The notes: generated by a model from the sequence alone, not told the origin. A DNA stretch of 64,000 bases from an uncultured Chloroflexia bacterium (GCA_963831715.1 CAWHRB010000003.1:644117-708116), one strand, 5' to 3'. Shown: positions 49,393 through 59,682, counted from the first letter of the stretch. Made by a program: numbers and translations.

Positions 49393-52164
49393 CTAGGCCG
49401 GCACGCCCTCCGACACGGCATCGCGCAACTCGCGGCGCGAAGCGATCCCGAGCTTCGTGAAGACCTTGCGCAGGTGCCACTCGACGGTGCGCGTGCTCAG
49501 GAACAGCCGCGTGCCGATCTCTCGATTCGACAGGCCGGCACGGACCAGGTGCACGATCTGGGATTCCTGAGGCGTGAGATCCTGCGCCGACTCGACCGTT
49601 CGTTTGCGGACCTTCTCGCCCGTGGCGAGCAGTTCCCGACGCGCACGCTCGGCGAACCCCTCGAGGCCCATCGTGGCCAGCATGTCGTGGGCGGTCCGCA
49701 ACTGGTCTCGCGCGTCGACGCGGCGCCCGGCGCGCCGGAGCGCCTCCCCGTACAGCAGGTGGCCGCGGGCGACCTCGGCGCGCAGGCCGGCTCGGCTCAG
49801 GTGGTCGATCGATGCGCGGTAGTGCGCATCTGCGACCCGGTCGGCATCGACCAGCGCCTTCAGGCGGGCTTCGATGCCCAGCGCCCAGTCGGTCGGGGTC
49901 ACGGCCGCTCGCTCCGACATCCGGGCGAGGGCGCCCTGGACGAGGTCCAGATCGCCGGTCCGCGACGCTGCCTCGGCCAGCTCGGCGATGGCCATGAGCT
50001 GGTAGCCACCGACGACATCGCGGTCGAATGCATGCCACGCGGCGTCCCGCGCCCGGTCGTGTCGGCCGAGGCCGTTGTGGAGCACGCCGCTCGCGTAGTC
50101 CGCGAACGCGCCCATACGGCCTTCGCCCGACGACCAGGTCTTGTCCCTGGCGCGGGCGATCAGCCCGGACGCGAGCTCCTCCTGCCCGCGGAGGCCCGCG
50201 ACCAGCATCGCGGCGTAGGTGATCGGCGGGTTACCGATCGCCTCCCCCACCCCCGCTGCCTCATCGATGAGGGCGGTGGCGGCGGGCAGGTCGCCCGTGA
50301 GCAGCACGTTGCTGGCGAGGAGGTTGAGCGCGAATTGCAGCTGGACCAGCGCGCCGGAGTCGCGGGCGAGCTGGACCTGCCGCTCCGCTACGGCTCGCGC
50401 CGCCTCGAAGTCCCACACCTCGGTGGCGATGATCGCGCTGACCCGGTTCCCGCCGAGGCCGAGCAGCCGGCCGACACGGGCGCTGTCCGCATCGACGCTC
50501 CGGGATTCCCCTAGCGATCGGGTCAGCGCCGGCGCGGCTGCAACGTACCCATCGGTCAACCTCGTCGCGAGCGCGTCGAGGACGTTGTCGATCGCCCGCG
50601 GGGGTTGCGGAGCGGGCGGGGCGGCCCGCGCGGCGGCGGCCACCCGTGCGAGGACGTCGGGTGCGTCCGGCCCGCTCGCCCAGAGCGCGGCCGCCATCGC
50701 GTCGAGGTAGGTCTCGCGAGCGAGGCCGGGGTCCAACGGCTCGAAGTGCCGGGCCGATTCGAGGAGCAGCCGAGCCGCGTCTGTGCCGCGTCGCTGATCG
50801 AACGCGATCTGGCCCCGAAGGTGTTCGGCCTCGGCAGTTCGCAGCGCGTCCGGTGGTCCGGCTTCTGCCATCGCGACCAGGGCCAGGGCCGTGTCGAGGA
50901 CGCCCGCGTCGCGCTTCGCCCACGCCGCCTCGAGACCACGTTGCGCTCGACGCGCCGGATCGGGCGTCAGCGTGGCTGCCCGCTCGAGGAGCACGGATGC
51001 GGCCACCAGTCCCCCGCGCGCCCGGGCACGCCCGGCCGATCGCTCCAGCTCGGCGGCGATCGCTTCATCGGGTGACGTCGTCGTCTGGGCACGATGCCAG
51101 GCGCGCCTGTCCGGATCGACCTCGGGGTCGGTCGCCTCGGCCAGGGCACCGTGCACCTCCCGCCGCTCCGCGACCGACGCCGTGCGATATGCCGCAGCTC
51201 GCACCAGCGGATGGCGGAACCGGACGCGCGGACCGAACTCGATCAATCCGGCTTCCTCTGCAGGCGTGGCGTCGGTGGGCGCCAGGCCAAGCACGTTCGC
51301 CGCGCGCCACAGGATCGTGGCGTCGCCGAGCGGCTCGGCGGCGGCCGTCACGAGCAGGCGGCGGGTATCGGCAGGGAGAGCCTCGAGCCGACGGACGAAA
51401 CCCCGCTCGAGGCGCCCGGTGAGTGGCCCTGCGTCGGGCTGCGCTAACCCATCGGCCGATTCGGCCGTCGTCCAGGCGTGGGGTAGCTCGAGCAGCGCCA
51501 GTGGGTTGCCGCCGGTTTCGGCGATGACCCGGTCGCGGACCCGCCGGTCGACCGGGCCCTTGATCACCGAGTCCAGCAGCTCACCGGCATCCGCCGCGCT
51601 GAGGCCGCCGATCACGAGCCCGGGCAGATCGGCGAATTCGACGTCATCGCTTGACTCACGAATGGTGATCACCAGCGCGACCCGCTCCGCCAACAGGCGG
51701 CGCGCCACGAATGCAAGGGTCTGCGCCGAAACGCTGTCGAGCCATTGCGCATCATCGACCAGGCAGAGCAACGGCTGGTCCTCGGCGACGTCGGCAAGCA
51801 GATTGAGGACGGCGAGCCCGACCATGAAGCGGTCCGGAGCCCCGCCGGCGCTCAGGCCGAATGCACTGCCGAGGGCGTCGCGCTGTGGTCCGGGCAGGCG
51901 CTCGAGCCGATCGAGGCAGGGTGCGCACAGCTGATGCAGACCGCCGTACGCCAGCTCCGCCTCGGACTCGACGCCGGCGACCCGGGCGATTCGCACACCG
52001 GGCGTGTCGGCCAAGTGGTCCAGCAAGGCGGACTTCCCGACCCCGGCGTCGCCGCGCAGGACCAGCACCTGGCTCTCGCCCGCGCTCGTGGCCGCGACCA
52101 GACGATCCAACCGGGCCAACTCGCTTCGTCGCCCGAGCAGGCGCGTCGGACCCCTCTTCGACAT
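49393..52164 (-). CDS. LAL-type (large ATP-binding LuxR) transcriptional regulator: AAA/NB-ARC-like ATPase, TPR-like repeats and a C-terminal LuxR HTH
   Basis: The real start is ATG 52164 (MSKRGPTRLLGRRSELARLDRLVA) with GGGAGAGGG upstream. The track's 161-aa N-extension is ABC-gene read-through. The Walker A is VLRGDAGVGKSALLDHL. The C-terminal HTH is TPQESQIVHLVRAGLSNREIGTRLFLSTRTVEWHLRKVFTKLGI. Confidence 0.8.
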   Translation of the reverse strand: MSKRGPTRLLGRRSELARLDRLVAATSAGESQVLVLRGDAGVGKSALLDHLADTPGVRIARVAGVESEAELAYGGLHQLCAPCLDRLERLPGPQRDALGSAFGLSAGGAPDRFMVGLAVLNLLADVAEDQPLLCLVDDAQWLDSVSAQTLAFVARRLLAERVALVITIRESSDDVEFADLPGLVIGGLSAADAGELLDSVIKGPVDRRVRDRVIAETGGNPLALLELPHAWTTAESADGLAQPDAGPLTGRLERGFVRRLEALPADTRRLLVTAAAEPLGDATILWRAANVLGLAPTDATPAEEAGLIEFGPRVRFRHPLVRAAAYRTASVAERREVHGALAEATDPEVDPDRRAWHRAQTTTSPDEAIAAELERSAGRARARGGLVAASVLLERAATLTPDPARRAQRGLEAAWAKRDAGVLDTALALVAMAEAGPPDALRTAEAEHLRGQIAFDQRRGTDAARLLLESARHFEPLDPGLARETYLDAMAAALWASGPDAPDVLARVAAAARAAPPAPQPPRAIDNVLDALATRLTDGYVAAAPALTRSLGESRSVDADSARVGRLLGLGGNRVSAIIATEVWDFEAARAVAERQVQLARDSGALVQLQFALNLLASNVLLTGDLPAATALIDEAAGVGEAIGNPPITYAAMLVAGLRGQEELASGLIARARDKTWSSGEGRMGAFADYASGVLHNGLGRHDRARDAAWHAFDRDVVGGYQLMAIAELAEAASRTGDLDLVQGALARMSERAAVTPTDWALGIEARLKALVDADRVADAHYRASIDHLSRAGLRAEVARGHLLYGEALRRAGRRVDARDQLRTAHDMLATMGLEGFAERARRELLATGEKVRKRTVESAQDLTPQESQIVHLVRAGLSNREIGTRLFLSTRTVEWHLRKVFTKLGIASRRELRDAVSEGVPA

Positions 52165-52225
52165 GGGATCCCTCTCCCGTTGGCGCTCGACAGTCAGCGT
52201 ATCAGCCGGGGTGGAGCGCAGCCCC

Positions 52226-54043
52226 TCAGACCTCGACCGGCACCGGATCCTCGGGCCGCGCGAACTGGGTACGGTGCAGCCGGGCGTACAACCCCTCCAG
52301 GGCCAGCAGCTCGTCCTGCGTGCCCAACTCGACCAGCCAGCCGTCGTCGAGCACCGCGATCCGGTCCGCCGCGCGGATCGTCGACAGGCGGTGGGCCACG
52401 ATGATCGTCGTGCGGCCGACCTTGAGCCGGTCGAGCGCGTCCTGGACCAGTCGCTCAGACTCGTTGTCGAGCGAGCTCGTGGCCTCGTCGAGCAGCAGGA
52501 TCGGTGGGTCCTTGAGGATCGCCCGGGCGATCGCCACTCGCTGGCGCTGCCCGCCCGAGAGCCGCATCCCTCGGTCGCCGACGATGGTGTCGTAGCCGTC
52601 GGGGAGCACGCTGATGAAATCGTGCGCGTTGGCCGCGACCGCGGCATCGATCATCTCTGTCGCTGTCGCATCCAGCCGGCCGTAGAGGATATTCTCGCGC
52701 ACCGTCCCGCCGAACAGCGTCGCCTCCTGCGCCACAAGCCCGATCTGCGCGCGCAGGCTCGCCACGGTGACCTCGCGGATGTCGACGCCGTCGACGCGGA
52801 TCGTGCCCGACGACACCTCCCACAGGCGCGGGATCAGGCCCACCAGGGTCGTCTTGCCGGAGCCCGACGGCCCGACCAGGGCGAGGGTCTCCCCCGCCGG
52901 CACGGTCAGCGAGATGTCGCGCAACACCGGTCGGTCGGGCAGGTAGGCGAACGACACCTCGTCGAGCTCGATCCGGCCGGCGACCCGTCCCAGCGGCCGG
53001 GCGTCGGGCGCATCGAGGATCGTCGGCCGCGTATCGATGATCTCGAACACCCGCTCGATCGCCCCGGTCCCCTCGCGGAACTGCCCGTACAGGCTCGCGA
53101 GCGAGCCGAGGCTCGCTCCGATGGCCACCCCGTAGAGAAGGAACCCGGTCAAGGTCCCGATGCCGAGCGTCCCGTCGATGACCTGGTGGCCGGTGTACCA
53201 GAGCAGCCCGGCGATCGCGGCGAAGCCGAGGAACCCCATCAGCATCCCGAAGGCCGCCCGCCACAGGGCCAGTCGCGAGCCGGTCGCGACCACGGTTCGG
53301 AGGTCCTCGTCGTAGCGCCGAAGTTCCCAGTCCTCGCGAACGTAACTCTTCACGACGCGGATCCCGGACAACGCCTCCTCCGCGGTCGTCGTGCTGTGCG
53401 CGATGGTGTCCTGGACCTGGGTACTGACCCGCTGGAGCGGCCGGCCAAAGACGACCGCCACAGCGATCAGGGCCGGCGCCAGCAGCAGGATGACGAGCAG
53501 GAGCGTCGGGCTGAGCGTGAACAGGATGATCACTGAACCGATCAGTCCGATCAGCGATGACAGCAGGCGAGTGACCGTCTCGGTGAGCATCGTGCGCACG
53601 AGCGTCACGTCGTTCGAGAGGCGCGAGATCAGCTCACCGACACGCCGGCTCGCGTGGAAGTCGAGCGAGAGCGTGATGAGCCTGGCGAAGAGCTGGCCGC
53701 GGATCTGGGCGACGACCCGCTCACCCACCACGCCCAGCAGATATGTCTGCAGGAAGCCACCGCCTGCCTGCACCACGAACAGGGCGATCAGGATCCCGAT
53801 CAAGACATCGAGCCCAGCCGCGTCGCCGCCGGCGACGACCTCCGTCGTGATCCCGGCGATGATCAGCGGGAAGGCCAGCCCGACGGCCGACGAGATGACA
53901 AGGCCGACCAGAGCCAGGGCGAACGGCCGCCAATGTGGCCGCAGGTAGCCGAACAGCCGCGCCCAGGGCACGCCACCAAAGCCGCGCACCTCCCGGACGA
54001 CGGCTCCGGCGTCCGACGGGATCCGCGCGAACTGCTGGGTCAT
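52226..54043 (-). CDS. ABC exporter, fused permease/ATPase (MsbA/ABCB-like)
   Basis: Six TM helices are followed by the Walker A GPSGSGKTT, the signature LSGGQRQRVAIARAIL and the Walker B ILLLDEATSSLD. The 605 aa are intact. Confidence 0.85.
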   Translation of the reverse strand: MTQQFARIPSDAGAVVREVRGFGGVPWARLFGYLRPHWRPFALALVGLVISSAVGLAFPLIIAGITTEVVAGGDAAGLDVLIGILIALFVVQAGGGFLQTYLLGVVGERVVAQIRGQLFARLITLSLDFHASRRVGELISRLSNDVTLVRTMLTETVTRLLSSLIGLIGSVIILFTLSPTLLLVILLLAPALIAVAVVFGRPLQRVSTQVQDTIAHSTTTAEEALSGIRVVKSYVREDWELRRYDEDLRTVVATGSRLALWRAAFGMLMGFLGFAAIAGLLWYTGHQVIDGTLGIGTLTGFLLYGVAIGASLGSLASLYGQFREGTGAIERVFEIIDTRPTILDAPDARPLGRVAGRIELDEVSFAYLPDRPVLRDISLTVPAGETLALVGPSGSGKTTLVGLIPRLWEVSSGTIRVDGVDIREVTVASLRAQIGLVAQEATLFGGTVRENILYGRLDATATEMIDAAVAANAHDFISVLPDGYDTIVGDRGMRLSGGQRQRVAIARAILKDPPILLLDEATSSLDNESERLVQDALDRLKVGRTTIIVAHRLSTIRAADRIAVLDDGWLVELGTQDELLALEGLYARLHRTQFARPEDPVPVEV

Positions 54044-54126
54044 CGCCGCGATGATGTCACGGGGTGCCCGGACTCGCCGACGGGCGAGGCGTGGCGGCCA
54101 CGGCGGCTACCCCTCCCCCGCTCGGG

Positions 54127-55098
54127 TCAGACGTTGCTGCCAGTGACGATGACGAGCGCGGCGCCCTTCTCGGGCGGATCCGCGAGCAGGCCCGCCCATG
54201 ATGCGGCCGCCGCGCCCTCGACGGTCACGCCGAGCGCCTCGGTCAGCTCGTCCTGTGCCTCGTGCAGCGCCGCCTCCCCCACCGTGCGCATCGCGTCGAC
54301 CCGGCCGAACATCAGCTCGACGGCCCGCGGGATCGCGATCCGCGAGGCGATCCCGTCCGCGTACGTGGCCGCGCGGTCTGTGTCGATCGCCCGTCCCGCT
54401 TCGAACGAGCGCGTCATGGCGTCGGCACCCTTGGCCTGGACGCCGACTACCCGTGTCGGCGGCGACGCGTGCCGGAACCACGCTCCGACGCCGTCGATCA
54501 GCGCGCCGTTGCCGACCGGGACGGACGCGATCGCGATCGTCGGCAACGTGCCGGCATCGACGGCGTCCGTCAGCTCGACCGCGAGGCTCGCCGCTCCTGC
54601 CGCGATGCGCGGATCATCACCGTCGACCAGCAACTCGGCGTCGTTCGCGGCGGCATACGCCTCGGAGGCGGCGCGCGCGTCGTCGAACTCCTGGCCTTCC
54701 TCGATGACGGTGGCGCCGAGGCCCCGCATCCGGGCGATCTTGGCGCGATTGGCGTTGCGCGAGGTGAACACGACCGTCGGGATCGCGAGCGCCCGTGCCG
54801 CGTAGGCGACGCCCTGACCGAAGTTCCCGGCCGAGGCGACCACGACAGCCCGTTGCGGGCCGATCCTCCCCTCCCCTGCCAGACCGTGGACCGCCACCCA
54901 CGTCCCGCGGCCCTTGAACGCCCGGATCGGGTTGACCGTCTCGACCTTCACGATCACCGGGACGCCGAGCCGGGCAGTCAGCCCGTCATGGACGTACTGG
55001 GGCGACCCGGTGAAGGCCGGATCGATGGTCGCGGCCACAGCGCGGATCGCCTCGGGCGTGAGCTCGGGGATCGCGATCGGGTTCGGCACGTCAGGCAT
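54127..55098 (-). CDS. PLP-dependent enzyme of the Trp-synthase-beta superfamily (threonine/serine dehydratase or racemase-like)
   Basis: The PLP lysine region is NPIRAFKGRGTWV. The glycine loop is SAGNFGQGVAYAA. The 323 aa are intact. Confidence 0.75.
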   Translation of the reverse strand: MPDVPNPIAIPELTPEAIRAVAATIDPAFTGSPQYVHDGLTARLGVPVIVKVETVNPIRAFKGRGTWVAVHGLAGEGRIGPQRAVVVASAGNFGQGVAYAARALAIPTVVFTSRNANRAKIARMRGLGATVIEEGQEFDDARAASEAYAAANDAELLVDGDDPRIAAGAASLAVELTDAVDAGTLPTIAIASVPVGNGALIDGVGAWFRHASPPTRVVGVQAKGADAMTRSFEAGRAIDTDRAATYADGIASRIAIPRAVELMFGRVDAMRTVGEAALHEAQDELTEALGVTVEGAAAASWAGLLADPPEKGAALVIVTGSNV

Positions 55099-55107
55099 CG
55101 CGCGTCG

Positions 55108-57225
55108 TCAGTCGGGCAGGCTGGGCAGGAGCGGCGCGAGGTACGGCGCCAGGGCGCGGGCGAACGGCGTGGTCATGTGATGGGCGTCGCGGTACACGAG
55201 CACGCGGCCGATGACCGCCGGGCACGGCTCCGTCGGGCATAGCCATGGTGCGGGATCGATGAACGTCGCGCCCGTCTCGGCGGTCACCGCCTTCTCGGTC
55301 TCGGCACGCTCGATTCCGAGCGCCTTGGACATCGGCGTGGCGCAGGCGAGCGCGTCGTCCAGATGATCGGAGAGACAGACCGGCGCGTCCCTCGCCGGCC
55401 TGGGCGTGTCGCCGATGACGACGACACGGTCGGCGATCTGATCGATGGCGCGGATGGACCGCTCGAGGCCGGTCGCCCACAGGTCCTCCCGGTCACGCGA
55501 CGGCACCGCGGCACCGTCGACCCAGAATTGGCCGGTCCGGCTGTCGGAGATGACGACCATCGCCGGTCGCTCGGCGGCGATCCGGTCGAGGACGGCGGCC
55601 CGCCACTCGTCGCACTCGGCGTACTCGCGCTTGAGCGCCGTGTTGTACACGGGCAGGTCGGCCACCGGGCAGGCGGATTTCGTGAGCGAGATGAACCGCC
55701 AGTCCTGCTCCTCGGCGAGGCGCTGGAGCGTCGGGAACCAGTGCGCCGCGTGCGAATCGCCGATCAAGACGACGGTCGTCGGCGCGTTCGCTCGGCCGTA
55801 GATACAGTCGGGTGGGCTGGTCTCTCGCCACTCGGCATGACAGGCGTCGCCATAGATGACCGGGATGTCGTCGCGGACCGTCGCAAGCGGCGGCACGAGA
55901 TCGGCGGGGACCGGTCCACCCGGCGTCGGGGCGAGCGTCGGCTCGGCGGTCGGCGTGGGCGGAGCGCTGCTGGCGGGCGTCTGGGTGCCGCTCGGCGTCG
56001 CCAGGCTGGGTCTCGGGGTCGTCAGCTCCACCTCGACGTCGCCGGTGTTCGGCGCAGCGGCGGCTGGTCGGGCGAGCACACCCGCCCCCAGCGACACCCC
56101 GGCGACCAGCACGCTCGTGAGGCCGGCGACGGCCAGCGATCGCGACGGTCGGAGCCGTGCTGCACCGCCGTGACGGATCGGGTCCTCGATCCACCGCCGG
56201 CTCGCCTCGGCGAGCAGGAACGTCACCCCGACGAGACCGAGACGGACAGGCCCGGGCAGCGCTGCACCGACCGCAGCCGCCGGGAGGACGAGCAACGGCC
56301 AGTGCCACAGGTAGAGCGAGTACGAGATCCCGCCGATCCAGCGCATCGGGCGGATCGCGACGAGCCGCGACAGCGCATTGAGCGGTTGCGGCAACCCACC
56401 GGCAATGACCAGGGCGGCGCCGACGACCGGCACGAGAGCGGCCGTGCCCGGGAACGGCGTCGCGGTATCGAAGACGACGCCACCGACCCCGATGAGCACG
56501 AGGCCGACGGCGACCGAGGCCGTGGCGACCGATCCCGGCAGCCGCGCGAGACGGGTCATGCCCAACGCCAGCGCAGCACCGACCGCCAGCTCCCACGCAC
56601 GCGACGGGAGGAGGAAGAACGCCAACGGCGCATCGGTGGACGTCCAGACCAGGCCGAGGACGAAAGAGGCGATCGCGACGACCGCGACCGTCAACCCGAT
56701 CCGGCGCAGGACGACGCCGCGACCCGCGACAAGGAACAGGAGCGCCGGCCAGAACAGGTAGAACTGCTCCTCGACACCGAGCGACCAGAAGTGCAGCAGC
56801 GGCGACGGATCGAGCTCGGCTTGGAGGTAGTCGGTCGCCTGCGCCGCGAAGCGGATGTTGCTGACGTACAGGGCCGCGGCGGCGCCGTCGCCCGCAACAT
56901 CGACCATGCGCAGCGGCGGCAACACGATGGCCGAGGCGATGACGGTGACAGCGATGACCACGAGCGCCGCGGGCAGCAACCGTCGGGCGCGGCGGGCGTA
57001 GAACGACGGCAGGTCGACCCGCCCGGTCGACTGCAGCTCGCGAACGATGAGTCCGGTGATCAGGAAACCAGAGACGACATAGAAGACATCGACGCCGATG
57101 TAGCCGCCGGTCAGCCCCGGGACGCGCGCGTGATACGCGAGCACGAGGAGGACGGCGATGGCGCGCAGGCCTTCGATGTCGGGGCGGAACGGCGCGCGGG
57201 CGTCGTTCGGCGGGGGCGATGCCAC
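55108..57225 (-). CDS. Acyltransferase-3 family membrane protein with a C-terminal SGNH-hydrolase domain (OatA-like O-acyltransferase)
   Basis: The 705-aa ORF has the Acyl_transf_3 N-terminus (LRAIAVLLVLAYHA...) with about 11 TM helices, a Pro/Thr linker and an SGNH-like C-terminal domain (VVLIGDSHAAHW...). Confidence 0.85.
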   Translation of the reverse strand: MASPPPNDARAPFRPDIEGLRAIAVLLVLAYHARVPGLTGGYIGVDVFYVVSGFLITGLIVRELQSTGRVDLPSFYARRARRLLPAALVVIAVTVIASAIVLPPLRMVDVAGDGAAAALYVSNIRFAAQATDYLQAELDPSPLLHFWSLGVEEQFYLFWPALLFLVAGRGVVLRRIGLTVAVVAIASFVLGLVWTSTDAPLAFFLLPSRAWELAVGAALALGMTRLARLPGSVATASVAVGLVLIGVGGVVFDTATPFPGTAALVPVVGAALVIAGGLPQPLNALSRLVAIRPMRWIGGISYSLYLWHWPLLVLPAAAVGAALPGPVRLGLVGVTFLLAEASRRWIEDPIRHGGAARLRPSRSLAVAGLTSVLVAGVSLGAGVLARPAAAAPNTGDVEVELTTPRPSLATPSGTQTPASSAPPTPTAEPTLAPTPGGPVPADLVPPLATVRDDIPVIYGDACHAEWRETSPPDCIYGRANAPTTVVLIGDSHAAHWFPTLQRLAEEQDWRFISLTKSACPVADLPVYNTALKREYAECDEWRAAVLDRIAAERPAMVVISDSRTGQFWVDGAAVPSRDREDLWATGLERSIRAIDQIADRVVVIGDTPRPARDAPVCLSDHLDDALACATPMSKALGIERAETEKAVTAETGATFIDPAPWLCPTEPCPAVIGRVLVYRDAHHMTTPFARALAPYLAPLLPSLPD

Positions 57226-57281
57226 GGATGGGATGGTACCCGCGCCGTGCCGCGGCGGTCCCGATCGAGCCTTCCAGACAC

Positions 57282-57675
57282 GAAAGTGCCCGAAGGAACT
57301 GGTCCGCAGCCCTCAGCATCGATGTAAACACCTATGCCGCTACTTGCGGTCCTGCCCCTTCGGGCACGACCTACGGTAGCGGGGATGCCCGGCACCTGGG
57401 AAGGGACTTATCCACGAGATTCCGGATTCAGGGGCGGATCTGGCCGATCCGTCCACTGCCAATCCACCGGCAGCGGGTCGCGGGTGAACCCAGGGAAGGA
57501 CGCGGGCCGGATCGCGCCGGCGCGGGGCACACGCAAATGCCCGAAGGAACTCGATCACTAGACGCTCCAACCAATGTAAACACCGGTCAGATCGCTAGAT
57601 GTTCGTGCCCCTTCGGGCAGGTCCTACGGTAAGGGACGCATGCTTGCGGCGGCAAGAGGGTTATCCACGGATCTC
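57282..57675. repeat. Tandem direct duplication of a ~140-nt element with a conserved internal inverted repeat; a partial third copy starts near 57667. Candidate structured cis-regulatory RNA in the acyltransferase 5' leader
   Basis: Unit 1 is 57282-57420 and unit 2 is 57520-57663. Shared blocks are A cacgMaaRTGCCCGAAGGAACT, B ATGTAAACACC, C CCCCTTCGGGCASGWCCTACGGTARGG and D TTATCCACGRATC, separated by divergent spacers. Block A (TGCCCGAAGG) is the reverse complement of block C (CCTTCGGGCA), about 60 nt apart, so a long-range stem is possible. Confidence 0.45.
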
Positions 57676-57757
57676 ATCGCAAATGCGACGCCACGCCGCA
57701 CGTCGTCCACAGCATCCCCACAGTGGGCGCAAGTTCGCAGGGTCGGGGCCGGGGCCG

Positions 57758-58324
57758 TCACGTATCGAGCGGCCACGACACCTCGTCGATCAGGGCCGGG
57801 CGCCCGTCATCCTCGACCGTGAACCGCCGCTCCTCGTTGCCGGCCGTGTCGCGCAGGTGCCAGGAGTGCCGGGCGATGCGCTCGACGCTCCAGCGCATCG
57901 GTCGGGGATCGAGTCCGTCGTCCACGCGCAGCATGTCGAGGGTCACCATGGCGCCCGGCACGACGCGATGCTCGAAGCGTCGGACGGCGATCGTCGCCGA
58001 GGCCGGTGAGCCGATCACGAGGAGCTCATGCTCCGCGCTCCAGCGGAACGCCAGGTGACGCACGCCCGAGGCAATCACCACGTTCCCATGGATCGCCGAC
58101 TCGTCCCTCTCTGGATGCAGCGTCAGCAATCCGGCTCGCGTCGTCATCTCCAGCCGCGTCGGCCGACCAGCGGTCGATGTCTCGAGCAGGAGGGACCGCA
58201 GGAGGTGCCCGTCCCGTTCGATCGACTCGCGCCAGCGCGTGCCTCGCGCGCCGTCGGCCTGGCTCCATGTCACGAGGTCGCCGGTGACGGTCCGCGCATG
58301 ACCGCCACGACGGACGGATGCCAT
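57758..58324 (-). CDS. Hypothetical protein (188 aa)
   Basis: The ORF has coding-like composition (LLTLHPERDESAIHGNVVIASGVRHLAFRWSAEHELLVIGSPASATIAV...). No family was recognised. Confidence 0.5.
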   Translation of the reverse strand: MASVRRGGHARTVTGDLVTWSQADGARGTRWRESIERDGHLLRSLLLETSTAGRPTRLEMTTRAGLLTLHPERDESAIHGNVVIASGVRHLAFRWSAEHELLVIGSPASATIAVRRFEHRVVPGAMVTLDMLRVDDGLDPRPMRWSVERIARHSWHLRDTAGNEERRFTVEDDGRPALIDEVSWPLDT

Positions 58325-58341
58325 CCTCGCTGCGCGCCCCG

Positions 58342-59682
58342 TCAGCGACCCCGGCGACCGGCGACGGCCGGTGTCTCACCGGTGCCGTCGACCGCATCGG
58401 CCCAGCGAGCTGCGGCTGACTCGAGCTCGCCGGCGAGCGACGGTGCGACCCGACCGCTGATCCGCACGTCGCGCTCGCGATACTCGATGTCGATGGTCCC
58501 CCGTTCACGGACCCGAGCGAGGAGCTCGCCTGCGGCGTATGGCAACGCGACGTCGACGTCGACCCACAACGAGGCGAGGACCGCCGCGATCTCGGCGCGC
58601 AGCGTCTCCATGCCGTAGCCGGTCAGCGCGGAGACGAAGACTGCGCCGGCGATGGACGGCGCCACACCCGAGCCGTTCGAGGCGGCATGGTCGATCAGGT
58701 CGGCCTTGTTGAAGACCACGAGCCGCGGCTTGTCACCCGCCCCGAGCTCGTCGAGTACGGTCTGCACGGTCGTGCGGTGCTCGTCGACATGGGGATCGGA
58801 GGCGTCGACGACCTCGAGCAGGACATCGGCCCGGTTGACCTCCTCCAGCGTCGCCCGGAACGCATCGACGAGCTGGTGCGGCAGCTTGTGGATGAAGCCG
58901 ACGGTATCCGTGACGATAGCAGTCTGGCCGTCGCCGAGCTTGACCTGGCGGCTCGTCGGGTCGAGCGTCGCGAACAGCTTGTCCTCGGCGCGGGCGACCT
59001 CCGAGCCGACCAACGTATTGAGCAGGGTCGACTTCCCGGCGTTCGTGTATCCGACGATGCCGACGGTCGGCCACAGGCGCCGGTCGCGGCCACGTGCGGC
59101 CGTGGCGCGATGCTGGCGGACCTGTTCGACGCGGTCCTTCATCTTGGCGATCCGCGTCCGGATCACACGCCGGTCGGTCTCGAGCTGGCTCTCGCCGGGT
59201 CCGCGCGAACCGATGCCGCCCTGGGTCCGCGAGAGGTGGGTCCACAACCGCGTCAGGCGGGGCAGCTGGTACTCGAGCTGGGCGAGCTCGACCTGGAGCC
59301 GGCCCTCATGCGTCTGCGCGTGCAGGGCGAAGATGTCGAGGATCAGCCGACTACGGTCGATGACCTTGACCCGCAGCAGCTCCTCCAGGGAGCGCTGCTG
59401 GGCGGGTGACAGCTCGTCATCGGCGATGAGCATGTCGAAGCCGGTCTCCCGCCGGGCTGATGCGAGATCCTCGGCCTTGCCCTTGCCGATGTACCAGTTC
59501 GGGTCGACGTGGCGGCGGTTCTGCCATTCCGCGCCGACCACGTCGGCGCCGGCCGTCGTGGCCAGGTTGGCGAGCTCCGACAGCGACTCCTGGGCGGTCC
59601 AGCCGTCCTCGCCACCGGTGTCGACCGCGACGAGGAAGGCCTTCTCGACCGGTGGTTCGAGGTCGATGAGATGTCGTGCCAT
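58342..59682 (-). CDS. hflX: GTPase HflX
   Basis: The HflX N-domain is followed by G1 GYTNAGKSTL, G3 DTVGF and G4 NKAD. The real start is ATG 59682 (MARHLIDLEPPVEKAFLVAV). The track's N-extension is read-through. Confidence 0.85.
   Translation of the reverse strand: MARHLIDLEPPVEKAFLVAVDTGGEDGWTAQESLSELANLATTAGADVVGAEWQNRRHVDPNWYIGKGKAEDLASARRETGFDMLIADDELSPAQQRSLEELLRVKVIDRSRLILDIFALHAQTHEGRLQVELAQLEYQLPRLTRLWTHLSRTQGGIGSRGPGESQLETDRRVIRTRIAKMKDRVEQVRQHRATAARGRDRRLWPTVGIVGYTNAGKSTLLNTLVGSEVARAEDKLFATLDPTSRQVKLGDGQTAIVTDTVGFIHKLPHQLVDAFRATLEEVNRADVLLEVVDASDPHVDEHRTTVQTVLDELGAGDKPRLVVFNKADLIDHAASNGSGVAPSIAGAVFVSALTGYGMETLRAEIAAVLASLWVDVDVALPYAAGELLARVRERGTIDIEYRERDVRISGRVAPSLAGELESAAARWADAVDGTGETPAVAGRRGR

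Noticed and set aside
57282-57675. Calling the tandem repeat a GEMM-I (c-di-GMP) riboswitch.
   Set aside because: Only short blocks resemble GEMM-I. The resemblance is on the plus strand while both flanking genes are on the minus strand, and there is no plus-strand gene downstream.
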